Origin: a virus
Length of the DNA stretch: 27,865 bases
Strand: one strand, 5' to 3'
Virus record (IMG/VR): IMGVR_UViG_3300045988_046995
Coordinates: 1-27,865 of that record
Under the pieces are notes generated by a model. The model had not been told where the DNA came from and ran no database searches. It worked only from the letters and a program-made list of their open reading frames with translations. Positions 11,133-22,856 of the stretch are shown piece after piece. The position numbers and the translations under genes were made by a program. Numbering within the stretch: position 1 is the first letter of the stretch; every line of letters begins with the position of its first letter.

Positions 11133-13900
11133 TGGCACAAACAGAAATTAAAAAAGTAATTAGTATTGATACTAAGTCAAGTAATAAGTCAATAAACTCT
11201 TTAAAGAAAGATATTGACGCATTATCTAGTTCTCTGAATGATTTAGAGATTGGTACTAAGGAATATAATGAAACTCTTGCATTACTAGGTAAAAGACAAT
11301 CAGAGTTCAATAAAATTAATGAGCAGATAGCAAGATCTTCGAGAACTACTGCTCAAAGATTTGAAAGTGTAGCTAAAATATCCACTGGCTTAGCTAGTGG
11401 ATATGGTGCTGCAACTGCTGCTATTACTTTATTTGGGAAAGAATCAGAAGATTTAAATAAAGTAATGGTTAAGTTACAATCTACTATTGCTTTAGTTCAA
11501 GGTGTGGGAGGTATAAAAGATTTATTAGAAGAATTACCCACTTTAGGTAATTGGTTTAAGAAATTAACTGATTTTATTTCCCCATTTAATACAGGATTGA
11601 ATAATGCTGCCAAAAACCTTAATCAGATTGATACATCTAAGCTTAATGGCATTGGCACATCTGTTGGTAATGTTGGAACTGAATTAGGTAATATCTCTAA
11701 AGTAGTCAAGGATTTAGAAGGCACCAATATTAATCTCAGAGGTGGAATGGTTCAGGGTATGCTTGGAACTCCTGCTGAAATATCTGCTTCTAATAAGAGT
11801 GTATCTAATACGATTCCAATTATAGGTAAATTAGGAGAAACTGCAAAAAAGTCTTTTAAAGAAGTAAAACCTACATTTACTACAGTTGCTGAATTTTTAA
11901 AGGAAGCAGCAAAAGAGACTGGAACTCCAGCAGAGAGAATGCAGAAAGCTGCTAAACGTTTAGGTGTAGATCTTGCTGAATTAAAGGAAAATGTAGAAAA
12001 AGGCATTCCAACTTTGCGAAAAGGAGCAGAGGCTCAGAAAGCAATGGCTGAAGCTTCAGAACAAGCTGCTTCTGGAGTAGGTAAAGTTAAAACTGCACTT
12101 AAAACTATTGGTAATGTAACTGTATGAATTGCATTAGCTACAGCTATTGGAGTAGCTATTAATAAGATAATAGAGTATATATCCTCAATAAAATCAGCTG
12201 AAAAGGAGGCTGCTGAATTTAGAAAGTCTATTACAGATACTACTAATCAGATTGCTTCTAAATCTATAGCTATCTTTAGAGAGCTCCAAATAGCTTACGA
12301 AAGGGTTGGAGATTCTGCAGATGCTAAGCGTAAGTTTATAGAGCAATATTCAGATAAGATTAAAGAGACTGGTTTAAATATCACTGATGTAAAGACTGCA
12401 GAAGATGCGTTTGTAAATAATACTGGTAATTATGTAGAAGCATTAACTGCAAGAGCAAAAGCTCAGGCTATTGAACAGGCTGCAATTAAGCTTTATGAGG
12501 AGTATTTAAACAAACGTACTGAACTGGAGAATCAAATTTCTGATACAAGTTTTGGAGAGGTATCTGCTTGGCAGGCTTTTAAAGCTACAGCAATGTTCTG
12601 AAAAGATTATTCAAATACAATTTATGAGTATACAAAGCAAAATAAAGAGAATACTTATAAACAGTTGGATGATTTAAATAAAGACATTGAGAAAAGGCTT
12701 AAAAAGCTATTTGAGGATGTAGCAGATACTAATAAAAAGTATGGTGGGTTCTTTAATATTCCAACTATTACAAAGAACACTACTGAAGCTAAGAAGGTAA
12801 TAAATGAATTTGATGAATGGCTTCAAAAGAGATTAGAGGATAAAGACCCAGTAGATGAACTTGAAGATGAATATATTAGACTATTAGCATTAGCTATTAA
12901 GTATAATAGGGGAATTGAAGAGGTAGAAGCTTGGCATCAGGAAGAACTTAAAAAGATTAGAGATAAAGCTAGAGCTGATGAAGAAGCTAAGCGTAAAGCA
13001 GATGCAGATAAAGCTTGGAATGATCTACAGTCTGAATTAAAAAGGATTAGAGATTTATCTTCTACAAGTAATTTGAGAGAGCCAAGAGAGCAGACCTTTC
13101 AGACTACTTATACTCAAGGTATATCGAAAGCATTTGGATTGGCTGGAGATTATGAAGGGACTGGTTATAAATTTACATATCAGAGTAGAGAGGACTTAGA
13201 GAATCAATACAATGCTCAAATTGAATACAATAACAACTTACTCTCATTAACTCAAGGTAGAATAGAGCAAGAGAATGCCTTATTAAATCAGCAATTAATG
13301 AATGAACAATTAACTGCTGAACAAAAAGAGGAAATTCAAAGAACTCTTACTGAGAATAATATGGCCTTATCAGATGCTCAATTAGCTAATGAACAGGCAA
13401 ATACTCAGGCTTATCAAAATCTTCAAAAAGCAAGACAGCAAGCTTTACAGGGAACTTTATCTGTAGCTTCAAGCATTGCAGGAAGTATGGCAAGTATTTG
13501 GGGAGAAGAGAGTAAAGTTGGAAAAGGATTTGCTACTGCACAAGCTTTAATTGACACTTATTCAGCAGCAAATAGCGCATACTCTGCTATGGCAGGAATT
13601 CCTATTGTAGGTCCTGCTTTAGGTATTGCTGCAGCTGCAGCCGCAGTAGTTGCAGGTATTGCAAATGTTAAAAAGATTTGAGAAGTAGATGAATCAGGTG
13701 CAAGTGGAGTGAGTGGAGCATCTGCAGCAGTGGCAGCACCAGCTGCTTTAAATACAGCTCCTGTTGAATATACTCGAAACTTACTTGGAGATAAAGAAAC
13801 TGACCTTTTAAATGAACCTGTTAAGTGTTATGTTGTTGAATCTGACATTACTTCAGCTCAAACTAAGGTAGCAGTTACTGAATCTAATGCTTCATTCTAA
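11132..13900 (+). CDS. Tape measure protein (922 aa)
   Basis: Coiled-coil rich, with Gly/Ala hydrophobic segments (GLASGYGAATAAITLFG; GIPIVGPALGIAAAAAAVVAGIA). Track ORFs 11132, 12665 and 13709 are in the same frame. The gaps, translated by hand, are open, with TGAs at 12125, 12599 and 13679. Confidence 0.8.
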
Positions 13901-13910
13901 AAATATTTAG

Positions 13911-13960
13911 TGTAACTTTTTTATTCTTATTAACTACAAAATATGAGTAAAAAGGTTACA
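13911..13960. repeat. 50-nt imperfect palindrome, copy B
   Basis: tgtaacttttttattc / gagtaaaaaggttaca forms a 16-bp stem if two G-U pairs are allowed. It begins 10 nt after the tape-measure stop. Its first 13 nt are identical to copy A. Confidence 0.75.
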
Positions 13961-14012
13961 TTAGATATTCTAAAAATATTACAAATTTATAAAGTGCTAT
14001 ATATTAATAAAA

Positions 14013-14606
14013 ATGGAAATTACTTATAATGATCTTCCATTATTTCAGGCAGTGATTACTGATGATTGTGATGGAATAGAATATGTTGCTTTAACAAGTA
14101 AACCAGCTACACAAGTTAACTGGGTTGCTTTTAGTAATTCTCAGAAGTTCTCGATGGATGAAGATAAGCATTTAGTAACATCTTGCTTAATGTTAAGTGA
14201 TACTCCAATTTTCAGACGAGATGAGAAACTCGGAGAATACTACATACAGTATGATAAGGAAACTCTTCGTAAAATGGCAGAGAAGATGCTGTATGATAAG
14301 AGAACTACAGATGTAAATATTGAACATTTAGAAGATTCTGATTTAAATGGAATTACTCTACAAGAAATCTATGTAAAGGATATTAATAGAGGAATATCTC
14401 CAGTTGAATTCCAGGATGTTCCTGATGGTTCTTTATTTGTCACTTATAAAGTAGATAATCAAGTTATTTGAGATGCAATTAAAGCTGGTAAGTTTAAAGG
14501 GTTCTCAATTGAAGGTTTATTTACTTTAGAGAGAAAGTCTGATGAATATGACGAAATAAAAGAGATCCTTAATATGATTAAGAAGATAAAAAGAGTTAAA
14601 CATTAA
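14013..14606 (+). CDS. XkdF-like prohead serine protease (putative)
   Basis: DVNIEHLEDS...GSLFVTYKVDNQVI[W]DAIKAGKFKGFSIEGLF matches the XkdF-family C-terminal pattern (W..vk.G...GfSieG). The conserved Trp is the TGA at 14469-14471. It lies upstream of the scaffold and capsid genes. Confidence 0.7.
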
Positions 14607-14619
14607 AATTATTAATTAA

Positions 14620-15222
14620 ATGAGCAAATTCACAAGAATCAAGCTTGAATTGGCTAAAATGCTTGCAAAGTTCAGTGATATTAAAACTGATAAGGCAGTA
14701 CTTACTTGGGATTCAGATGAAGACTTACGCGCTGGTATGGATGTATATGTTCAGGATGAGAACGGAGAATACAAACCTGCTGAGGACGGTGAGTATGTAA
14801 CTGAGGATGGAAAGACGATTGTTGTTAAAGACGGTAAAGTAGAGTCTGTAACTGATCCTAAAGCTGAGGTTGATCCAGAAGAAGCAGCTAAAGCAGAAGT
14901 TGATGCTGCTTGTGGAAAACGCAAGGTAGAAACTGCTGAAGAGCCAGTTGATCCTGAAGTAGCTACTGATGGTGACAAAGAAACTGTAACTGATGCAATT
15001 GATGCAATTCATCGCGAAATTAATGAGCTTTATGACATTGTTGATAAGCTTGTTAAGAAAGTAGCTGAATTAGAGGGTAAATCTGAAGCTACAGAAAAGA
15101 CGGTTGAAAAGATGAGCAAAATGAGTGCTGCATTTTCAGCTGAGGAACAGATAGAAGGCAAAGCTTCAATAATGACTGGTAATCCTGTTATTGATAAAAA
15201 GCTTAAAAACTTTATTGGTTAA
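14620..15222 (+). CDS. Scaffolding protein (putative)
   Basis: Acidic, helical and low-complexity (AEVDPEEAAKAEVD..., INELYDIVDKLVKKVAELEGK). It sits between the protease and the capsid gene. No TGA. Confidence 0.6.
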   Translation: MSKFTRIKLELAKMLAKFSDIKTDKAVLTWDSDEDLRAGMDVYVQDENGEYKPAEDGEYVTEDGKTIVVKDGKVESVTDPKAEVDPEEAAKAEVDAACGKRKVETAEEPVDPEVATDGDKETVTDAIDAIHREINELYDIVDKLVKKVAELEGKSEATEKTVEKMSKMSAAFSAEEQIEGKASIMTGNPVIDKKLKNFIG

Positions 15223-15244
15223 TTATTAAATTATTTATAAAATT

Positions 15245-16150
15245 ATGGCAAATAGTCCTGTAATGACTAGTCTTACTGCTTATGTAGAGCAGAGACGTCT
15301 TCCTCTTATTAAAGAGGCTGTATTAAAGGCTAAGAGTGCTTCGTTGTTCAATCTTCAAACTGACATCAAAACTAGTGCTGCTCTTAACCTGTTATCAACT
15401 GCTATTCAGTTTGGCGATGGCCTAGCTTGTGGTTGGGATGAAGCTGGAACTCAGACTCTTTCTCAGAGAATTCTAGCTACTGGTAATATTAAGATCAATA
15501 TGGCATATTGTGATAAAGAGATGCTTAAATACTGGACTCAGTATCAAGTACGAGTAGCTGCTGGTCAGAAGACGCTTCCTTTTGAAGAGGATTTCGTAAA
15601 TGCAGTAGTTGAGAACGTTAAGGCTGCTATCGAGACTGCTATTTGGCAGGGTGATACTGCTTCTGAAACAAATAACCTGAAGTATTTTGATGGTCTGTTA
15701 AAGATCTTAAAAGATGCTGCTGGTACTGTTGATGTAACGATTACTGGTACTTCTGCTTACGATGACATTATGGCTGTTTATAACGCTATTCCTGAGAAAG
15801 TACTTGATGGTGCTTCTATCTTAGTAGGCGCTGATACCTTCCGTAAATTTATCCAGGAGTTAGTTGCTAAGAACTACTACCACTATAGTGGTGAGAATCT
15901 TAACGGTGAGATTATGCTTCCTGGTTCACAGGTTAAGGTTATTGCTGTTAATGGTCTTAATGGAACTGATAAGATTGTTGCTGGTCAGTTAGATAAGAAC
16001 TTCTTCTATGGTTGCGATATGATGAACGATGAAGAGAAGTTTGAATTGTGGTATTCACAAGATTTCCGCGAATTTAGATTAGCTATTGAATTTAACGCTG
16101 GCGTACAGGTTGCATTCCCTGATGAGGTAGTTCTTGGTGCCAAAGCCTAA
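15245..16150 (+). CDS. Major capsid protein (HK97-fold type, about 301 aa)
   Basis: Position after the protease and scaffold, size, and composition all fit. Codon usage is visibly biased and less AT-rich. The 4 Trp codons are all TGG and there is no TGA. Confidence 0.75.
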   Translation: MANSPVMTSLTAYVEQRRLPLIKEAVLKAKSASLFNLQTDIKTSAALNLLSTAIQFGDGLACGWDEAGTQTLSQRILATGNIKINMAYCDKEMLKYWTQYQVRVAAGQKTLPFEEDFVNAVVENVKAAIETAIWQGDTASETNNLKYFDGLLKILKDAAGTVDVTITGTSAYDDIMAVYNAIPEKVLDGASILVGADTFRKFIQELVAKNYYHYSGENLNGEIMLPGSQVKVIAVNGLNGTDKIVAGQLDKNFFYGCDMMNDEEKFELWYSQDFREFRLAIEFNAGVQVAFPDEVVLGAKA

Positions 16151-16188
16151 TTTCAATAGAGTTTAACTTTAAATAAGATTGAAATTAT

Positions 16189-16713
16189 ATGGCTTGTTTA
16201 ATAACTATCGCTGGTATTACCCTGGATTGCGAATCTTCGCTTGGTGGTATCAAACAGGTATGGATTACTCAGTACGATAATGTTAAGAGTGTAGCTGTAG
16301 ATGATGAGACTAATCAAATCTCAGCTATTACTCTTGAATCAGATGCTAAATGGTATAATTACCAATTCCGCAAAGGTACTGGTTCTCTAACCTCAACATT
16401 GAACGTTGACGAAACTGCAGGAACCAACTATGTAAGTAATGAGCTTGCTCTTGTATTTACAAAGATGGAGACTAAGAAAAGAATCGAGATTGCTGCTCTT
16501 TCTATTGGACAACTTGTAGTTGTTGTAGAAGATTCTAATGGCAAATACTGGTTCTTAGGAAAAGATGACTATGTAAGCGCTTCCGCTGGTACGGGTGTTA
16601 CTGGTACTGCAAAAGGTGATCAGAACGCTTATACGCTGACTTTAGCTACTGACTCTGAATCATATCCTTATGAGTTGAGTGCTGAAGCTATTCAAAGTGT
16701 TGTAGGTGCTTAA
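16189..16713 (+). CDS. Major tail tube protein (putative; a head decoration protein is not excluded)
   Basis: 174 aa, with capsid-like codon bias and no TGA. Motifs include LGGIKQVWIT..., VVVVEDSNGKYWFLGKDDY and GDQNAYTLTLATDSE. A strong terminator follows directly. Confidence 0.45.
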   Translation: MACLITIAGITLDCESSLGGIKQVWITQYDNVKSVAVDDETNQISAITLESDAKWYNYQFRKGTGSLTSTLNVDETAGTNYVSNELALVFTKMETKKRIEIAALSIGQLVVVVEDSNGKYWFLGKDDYVSASAGTGVTGTAKGDQNAYTLTLATDSESYPYELSAEAIQSVVGA

Positions 16714-16722
16714 CAACAGAAG

Positions 16723-16760
16723 AGGGGCGAGTATTAATTTACTTGCCCCTTATTTTGTTT
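16723..16760 (+). terminator. Rho-independent terminator
   Basis: aggggcgagt / acttgcccct forms a GC-rich 10-bp stem (one G-U pair) followed by tattttgttt. It begins 9 nt after the stop at 16713. Confidence 0.8.
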
Positions 16761-16803
16761 ATATACCACATAATGAATAATTTATATTTTATAGAAAAAT
16801 AAT

Positions 16804-19236
16804 ATGGCAAACGAAACTGAAAAGACAATTCTTCCCTATCTTAATGTCCTTGAAGTCGAAACAATAGATAAGTCAAATGTGACTAAAGTTATTGTTATTG
16901 ACAAGGATGATGAAGTTAAGGTTATGGATGGTTCTCAGTTAGCTACTAATAGCTATTTTGATCTTCAGGATAAACCTGAGATCAATAGTATTGAGTTAAA
17001 TGGTAATATGACTTCGGAAGAGTTGGGATTAGCGTCATCTGAAGATATTGTTACTATTAATTCTGAGTTAGAGCAAATAAAGAGTACTATTCCAAGTGCT
17101 GAAAATATTGATAATCAGATAACTGAACGATTAGCTGATTATCCAACTAAAGAAGAGGTTACAACTGAAATTTTAGATGCAGTTGCCAATAAAGCCGATA
17201 AATCTGAGATACCAACAAAAACTTCACAATTAACTAATGATAGTGGGTTTATTAGTAGCTTAGATGGATATGCTACTGAAAAATGAGTTGAAGATAATTA
17301 TCTTACAAAAGAAGCTACTGAAAGTGCATTAAATTCTAAACAGAATAAATTAAACCAAGGTGATGGTATAGTAATTGAAGAGAATACTATTTCTGCAGAT
17401 TATAATACTATTCGTAACAAACCATCTTTAAATGGAACTGAATTATCTGGAGCAGCTTCAATCGTACCTGCCATTAATATTCAATCAGTCCCATCTAAAG
17501 TTACTTTAGCTCCTGTATTTGGTAATCAAACTGGAGAAGCAGTTGAACTTCCAATATATAATACAGAGACTAATCAAGCTGGTATTGTTAATGGTCCTCT
17601 ATATGCACAATTAGCAGATAAATATACCAAAGCTGAAATTGATGCTTTAAATACAGCTATTAATAAAGAGATAGCTTCAAAACAGGAAACGCTTACAGCA
17701 GGAAAGAATATATCTATTATAGATAATGTAATCTCTGCTTTTGAGAATCATTTCTTACTTAATTTAGATGAGAATGATCCTGTAAGACAGAAACATATCT
17801 ATGACTTTATTAGAACTAATCTGGACTTCTATTTATTCTGCCAGATTACATATAAAGGTGATATTATAGTTATTCCTGTTGCAACTATTGAACATCCCGA
17901 AACTATTGATTTATATGGCTATTATTTTCAAGATAATGGTGTATTAGTAGTTATTAATGCAATCTTAGTAAATAATGGTAATATGACTGTTAAAGTTACT
18001 GAGGTTGATCTTACTAATAAAGGTTATACTAAAGATGAAGTAGATGAGAAACTTGCAGCTAAGCAAGGTGTATTTACTCCTCAAGCTCCATTAGCTTTTA
18101 ATGAAGATAAATCCCAATTATCTGTAGATTTATCTGGATACCAACCAGTTGGTGATTATGCAACTAACGATTCAGTTAATGAGGAAATTGAGACTCTAAG
18201 ATCTTCTTTACAAAGTAAGATTGATGCAAAACAAGATAAAGGAGATTATGCTTTAAAGAGTGATATTCCAACTAAAGTTAGTGAGCTTACTAATGATTCT
18301 AACTTTGTAACTGAAGCAGAGGTTTCTGGAGATTTAGCAGGTAAAGCAGATAAGACTTATGTCGATGAGCAGCTTGCTACTAAACAGCCTGTAGGAGATT
18401 ATGCAACAAAAACAGAACTTGCAGGTAAAGCAGATTCTTCTGTAGTAGAATCTTTATCTACTCAAGTAGCAACTAATACTTCAGATATATCAATTATTAA
18501 AACAAAACAAGAAGAAGATGGAGATAAGATTGATTCTCTTGATAAAGAGATGGCTACTAAGCAAGATTTACTTGTAAGTGGAACTAATATCAAAACAATC
18601 AATAGTCAATCTTTACTTGGAGAAGGTAATATAGAAATTGAAAGTGGATCTGATATTCCATTTCTATTTATAAATTCCACTGCTCATCTTTCTGGAGATT
18701 TCGCTGCTGTTAAGAATGCTATAGCTAATAAAACACCATTTGAGATTTATTATGTAAATATTCTAGGTTATGGTGATATAGCAGCTCCAGAAGTATGTTT
18801 TGTTTCAGGAGAAAATATTCAAGCTACTTTCCATTTTGAAAGTACTACAGCTAATCATACTGTAGTTCAAACTACTATTACTCCAACTGGAGTATCAGCA
18901 GATACTAGTTATCATAGTTATCAGGAGCAATTAGTCTCTGGGACTAATATAAAGACTATTAATGGTGAAAGTATTTTAGGAGAAGGTAATCTTGAAATAT
19001 CTGGAGGTGGAGGGACTACTGATTATACTCAGTTAACAAATAAACCTCAGATTAATTCTGTTGAGTTATCTGGCAATAAGAGTTTATCAGATTTAGGTAT
19101 TCAGCCTGCTGGAAACTATATTGAAGCTGGAACTGGAACCCAACCTCAAATAAATACTATTACTGTTCTAACTCAATCAGAATATGATGGTTTATCAACT
19201 AAAGATCCTAATACACAATATTTAATTGTAGAATAA
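16804..19236 (+). CDS. Tail fibre protein (810 aa)
   Basis: Track ORFs 16804 and 17983 are in the same frame and are joined through TGA 17284-17286 (ATEK[W]VEDNY). I translated 17287-17982 by hand and it is open. Repeated fibre motifs include SQLTNDSGF / SELTNDSNF, DYATK..LAGKADK, and two copies of LVSGTNIKTIN..LGEGN.EI. Confidence 0.8.
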
Positions 19237-19237
19237 T

Positions 19238-20359
19238 ATGAATATTAGAGATGATTTAAAAACATTTTATGTAGGTGACAGACAAGGTACTGCTATTTAT
19301 GTTGGCAGTACCAAAGTCTGGCCTATCAATCCTTGTAATCCACAAATAGTTACAGTTGCTAATCCAGTTCCTCAAGGTACTACAATAGTTGATCCTTGTA
19401 GTTATGTATTTAGCAGTTATGATGGAACTATAAATGATATACAAAGGGATTGAATGGGTAGAGGATCTGGCCTTACTTCTACAGTAATTAGTTTTACTGC
19501 TGATTTAAGTGAATTAGCCCTTAATATAGATGGTGTACCTCTTTGTAGTATTATAGGTTCTGCTCAAACATATGCAGATGTAAAGTTAAATAGTGGAGAT
19601 TTAAGTAGAAAAGGAGGGTTTTTTAAAACATCTCATTTTGATCTAAATAACCAGGAGATTACTAATCTTAATGAAGCATATGGAAGATGGTCTAGTGAAT
19701 CTCAATTTTGGGGTCAAACAATACATAGTGCTACTTTATCTAATGTTAAAATACCTACAACTACTAAAGAAGTAAGTGCAAATTATTTATTTATTGGAGT
19801 AAAAATAGATAATAATGATTTCTCTGTAATGAATAATTTTCAAAATCTTGTATTAGTAGATCCAAAATGGGCATTTGCAGATACAGCTGATGGAGCTACT
19901 AATATAGATAATATAACGATTAATATTCCATTTAAAGGAGATTGTAATCATATGTTTCATAGAGCATTATATCTAACAACTATTCCAAGTAATTTTACCT
20001 TTACTGGAATTACAGATATAAGCTATATGTTTAGTACTTGTAGTAGATTAATAGCTTCACCAGAAATAGATTGTCATCTTGTTACAGATTGTACTAGTTT
20101 TGCGGCATCTTGTCCAGAATTAGTAACTGTAGGAGCCTTAAATGGATTGGGAGAGAGTTTAACTGAAGGTGGCCTGCTATACTTTGCACAATCTCCAAAT
20201 TTATCTGAAGATTCATTACAAACTATAGCAGAATCTATTGGCACAGCAGTAAGTTCTAATACAAGTATTTCATTAAAATCTACTGCATACGATAAATTAA
20301 CAGATGAACAAAAATCATTAATAGCTTCAAAGAATTGAAGTATAAATCGAGTTGCATAA
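19238..20359 (+). CDS. DUF285/BspA-like leucine-rich-repeat receptor-binding protein (putative), paralogue 1
   Basis: Track ORFs 19238 and 19454 are in the same frame, joined by TGA 19451-19453. Repeats are of the type CNHMFHRALYLTTIP / ISYMFSTCSRLIASP / CTSFAASCPELVTV. The C-terminus is LTDEQKSLIASKN[W]SINRVA*. Confidence 0.65.
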
Positions 20360-20361
20360 TT

Positions 20362-20598
20362 ATGAAAATTGAAATTAAAGAAAAATATAAAGTAGTTAGT
20401 CCAGAAGAAGGTTATATACTTACTAACTATAAAGAAGGAATGGATATTAAATTATACAGTTCATTTACTGAATGTATCTGTCCTTTAAGTTGCGATTTAG
20501 AGCATCTATCAGAAGTCTCTTTAGATAAGGATGCTGAATATAAAGAATTAGCTATTAAAGCTTCTAAAGAGTATGAGGAATCAATAAAAGTTAGATAA
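20362..20598 (+). CDS. Hypothetical protein (78 aa)
   Basis: Open frame from ATG 20362, tightly packed between neighbouring genes. No recognisable motif. Confidence 0.45.
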   Translation: MKIEIKEKYKVVSPEEGYILTNYKEGMDIKLYSSFTECICPLSCDLEHLSEVSLDKDAEYKELAIKASKEYEESIKVR

Positions 20599-20600
20599 TT

Positions 20601-21320
20601 ATGATTATACTTAAGAATACTAAAAATACACAAACTTTCTATGTTAGTAAGAAATGTGGTATTGAATCTGGACAACTTCCTGTTGGTTCTTATACTAAGA
20701 TTGAAGCAGATGAAAGATTCCAACCTAAAGGTAATTACATTTCTGAAGAGAAAGCAGAAGAGTTAATTAATACTAAAGTAACAGAAAGTATTGAAGATCA
20801 AGTTCCTCCTTTAGTAGATCAATCTATTGATGCTAAGCTTGTTCCAATTAATACTGAGATTACTAATCTTAAAGGGGAAGTTGAGGAGTTAGAAACTTCT
20901 AAGATGGAAGTATTCCAAGCTAATCAACCTCTATCTTTACATAGAAATGGAGAAGGTTTGCAACTATCTGTAGATTTAAGTAATTATGCAACTAAAGCAG
21001 AAATTCCTGATACTAGTGATTTTGCTACTAAAGAAGAGCTTACAGCTGTTGAAAGTGAAGTTGGAAATAATTCTTCTAAGATTACAGCTATTGAAAGCAA
21101 ACAAGAAGAGGATGGACTAAAGATTGATGCATTAGATAAGGAAGTTGGGACATTAGATGCAAATAAAGCAGACAAATCGGAACTATCTAATTATGTAACA
21201 TTAGAAGTATATAATGCTAAGGTTTCAGAATTAGAAGCTGCTATTCAAGCTTTACAGGCACAAATCGGAACTATCTCAACTACTCTTGATACAATTAATG
21301 GTGAAATTCCAAATGAATAG
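20601..21320 (+). CDS. Coiled-coil fibre-like protein (second fibre module)
   Basis: Shares motifs with the fibre at 16804-19236: [25 protein letters not shown] versus QAPLAFNEDKSQLSVDLSGY, and [17 protein letters not shown] versus KTKQEEDGDKIDSLDKE. No TGA. Confidence 0.65.
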   Translation: MIILKNTKNTQTFYVSKKCGIESGQLPVGSYTKIEADERFQPKGNYISEEKAEELINTKVTESIEDQVPPLVDQSIDAKLVPINTEITNLKGEVEELETSKMEVFQANQPLSLHRNGEGLQLSVDLSNYATKAEIPDTSDFATKEELTAVESEVGNNSSKITAIESKQEEDGLKIDALDKEVGTLDANKADKSELSNYVTLEVYNAKVSELEAAIQALQAQIGTISTTLDTINGEIPNE

Positions 21321-21834
21321 AGTATTAACAAATTATCCTAACTATAGTGTATCTTCTACAGGAGATGTATATAGTAACCCATTGACTTTTAAAGATTCTA
21401 TTGGAAGAACCAGAAAACAAATACATAAAAAGCTAAAACAGCATATAGATAAATATGGCTATAATTATGTAATTCTAGTATCTGGCTTAGATAAACCTAA
21501 AGCTATTAAAGTTCACAGACTAGTAGCAGAAGCATTTATTCCAAATCCTGACAATCTACCATATGTTAACCATATAAATGAAAATAAGACAGATAATAGG
21601 GTAGAAAATTTAGAATGATGTGATACAAAGTATAATAATACATATGGAACTAGAATAAATAGATGTATTGATAAAATTAGTAAACCTGTAGGGCTATTTA
21701 TTAATGATTTACTAGTTAAAACATATAAAAATGCAATTGAAACATCAATAGATGGGTATACTCATAGTAGAGTTATAGATTGTCTTAAAGGAAGAACAGA
21801 CACTTATAAAGGGGTAAAATTTAAATATATCTAA
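21313..21834 (+). CDS. HNH/NUMOD4-type homing endonuclease
   Basis: Contains [14 protein letters not shown] and [34 protein letters not shown][W]C, with the TGA at 21616-21618, then continues to ...YKGVKFKYI*. It overlaps the stop of the upstream gene. Confidence 0.85.
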
Positions 21835-21835
21835 T

Positions 21836-22852
21836 ATGGCAAATACAATTTCTGATAAATTAACGTATCTTGAAGGTACTAAGAGTGCCATTAAAGATGC
21901 TATTGTAGCTAAAGGTGTTGCTGTATCAGATTCCGATACCTTTAGAAGCTATGCAGATAAGATAGGACAGATTTCTGGAGGTGGTGGAGGAAAGGTTAAT
22001 TTAAATGATTATGGATTAACATTTGCATATTCTAGTCCTACTGATAATCAAGTAAATCAGATTATCTTTGATTTACCTGATTTTACAAGTACGAGAAATT
22101 TTTTTTCGCATATGCAGTCTCCTAATGCATATATAAATCTGTTTTCTATGTGAAATACAGGTTTAAATTACGATTGTTCGGGTATGTTGAGTAATGCTAA
22201 AATAAATCAAATAGATTTCCCACAGGAAATTACTATACGCGATGGCAATAATATGTTTAGTAGTTTTAATGCTAATGCTTTAACATTAGATACAATTATA
22301 CTACAAACTAATACTGCTTGATATGATTTAAGTCAAATGTTTAATTCTTCTAATGTTGTATGCAATCATATAATTATTAGAGATGAAGAAAATGATACTC
22401 CGTATGTTGTGTTTAATGCCACTTTTGCCAATTTAACATCTACTATTACTACTCTCCCAGATATTAAGTTTGAATTAGTAGGATCATCTATTAATCTTGA
22501 ATGTGGAGGTACTTATAGTTATTTACCTGATACAATTACAACTTTGCCAGAATGAGATTTAACAGGTGTAAATGAAGGTCAGTCCTTTAATAATTGGCCT
22601 TTTTATAGTTGGGAATCTCCAAATACATCAATAACTGATATGGAAGGTATTATAAATTTAAGAGTGGAATTAAATTTATCTTTACTCCAGTCGTTAAATA
22701 GTGCAGCTATTGATAACATTTTAAATAAAGCTGCTGATTTAACTGGAGAAGTATCTCAAACTATTACATTTGCAGCAGATGTTTATAATGCACTTACTGA
22801 AGAACAGAAATCATTAGCTACATCTAAAAACTGAACTTTAGCATCAGCATAA
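21836..22852 (+). CDS. DUF285/BspA-like LRR receptor-binding protein (putative), paralogue 2
   Basis: Track ORFs 21836, 22337 and 22640 are in the same frame. In-frame TGAs lie at 22151, 22319, 22553 and 22832. The N-terminus is DKLTYLEGTKSAIKDAIVAKGV and the C-terminus is LTEEQKSLATSKN[W]TLASA*, parallel to the gene at 19238-20359. Confidence 0.65.
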
Positions 22853-22856
22853 ATTT

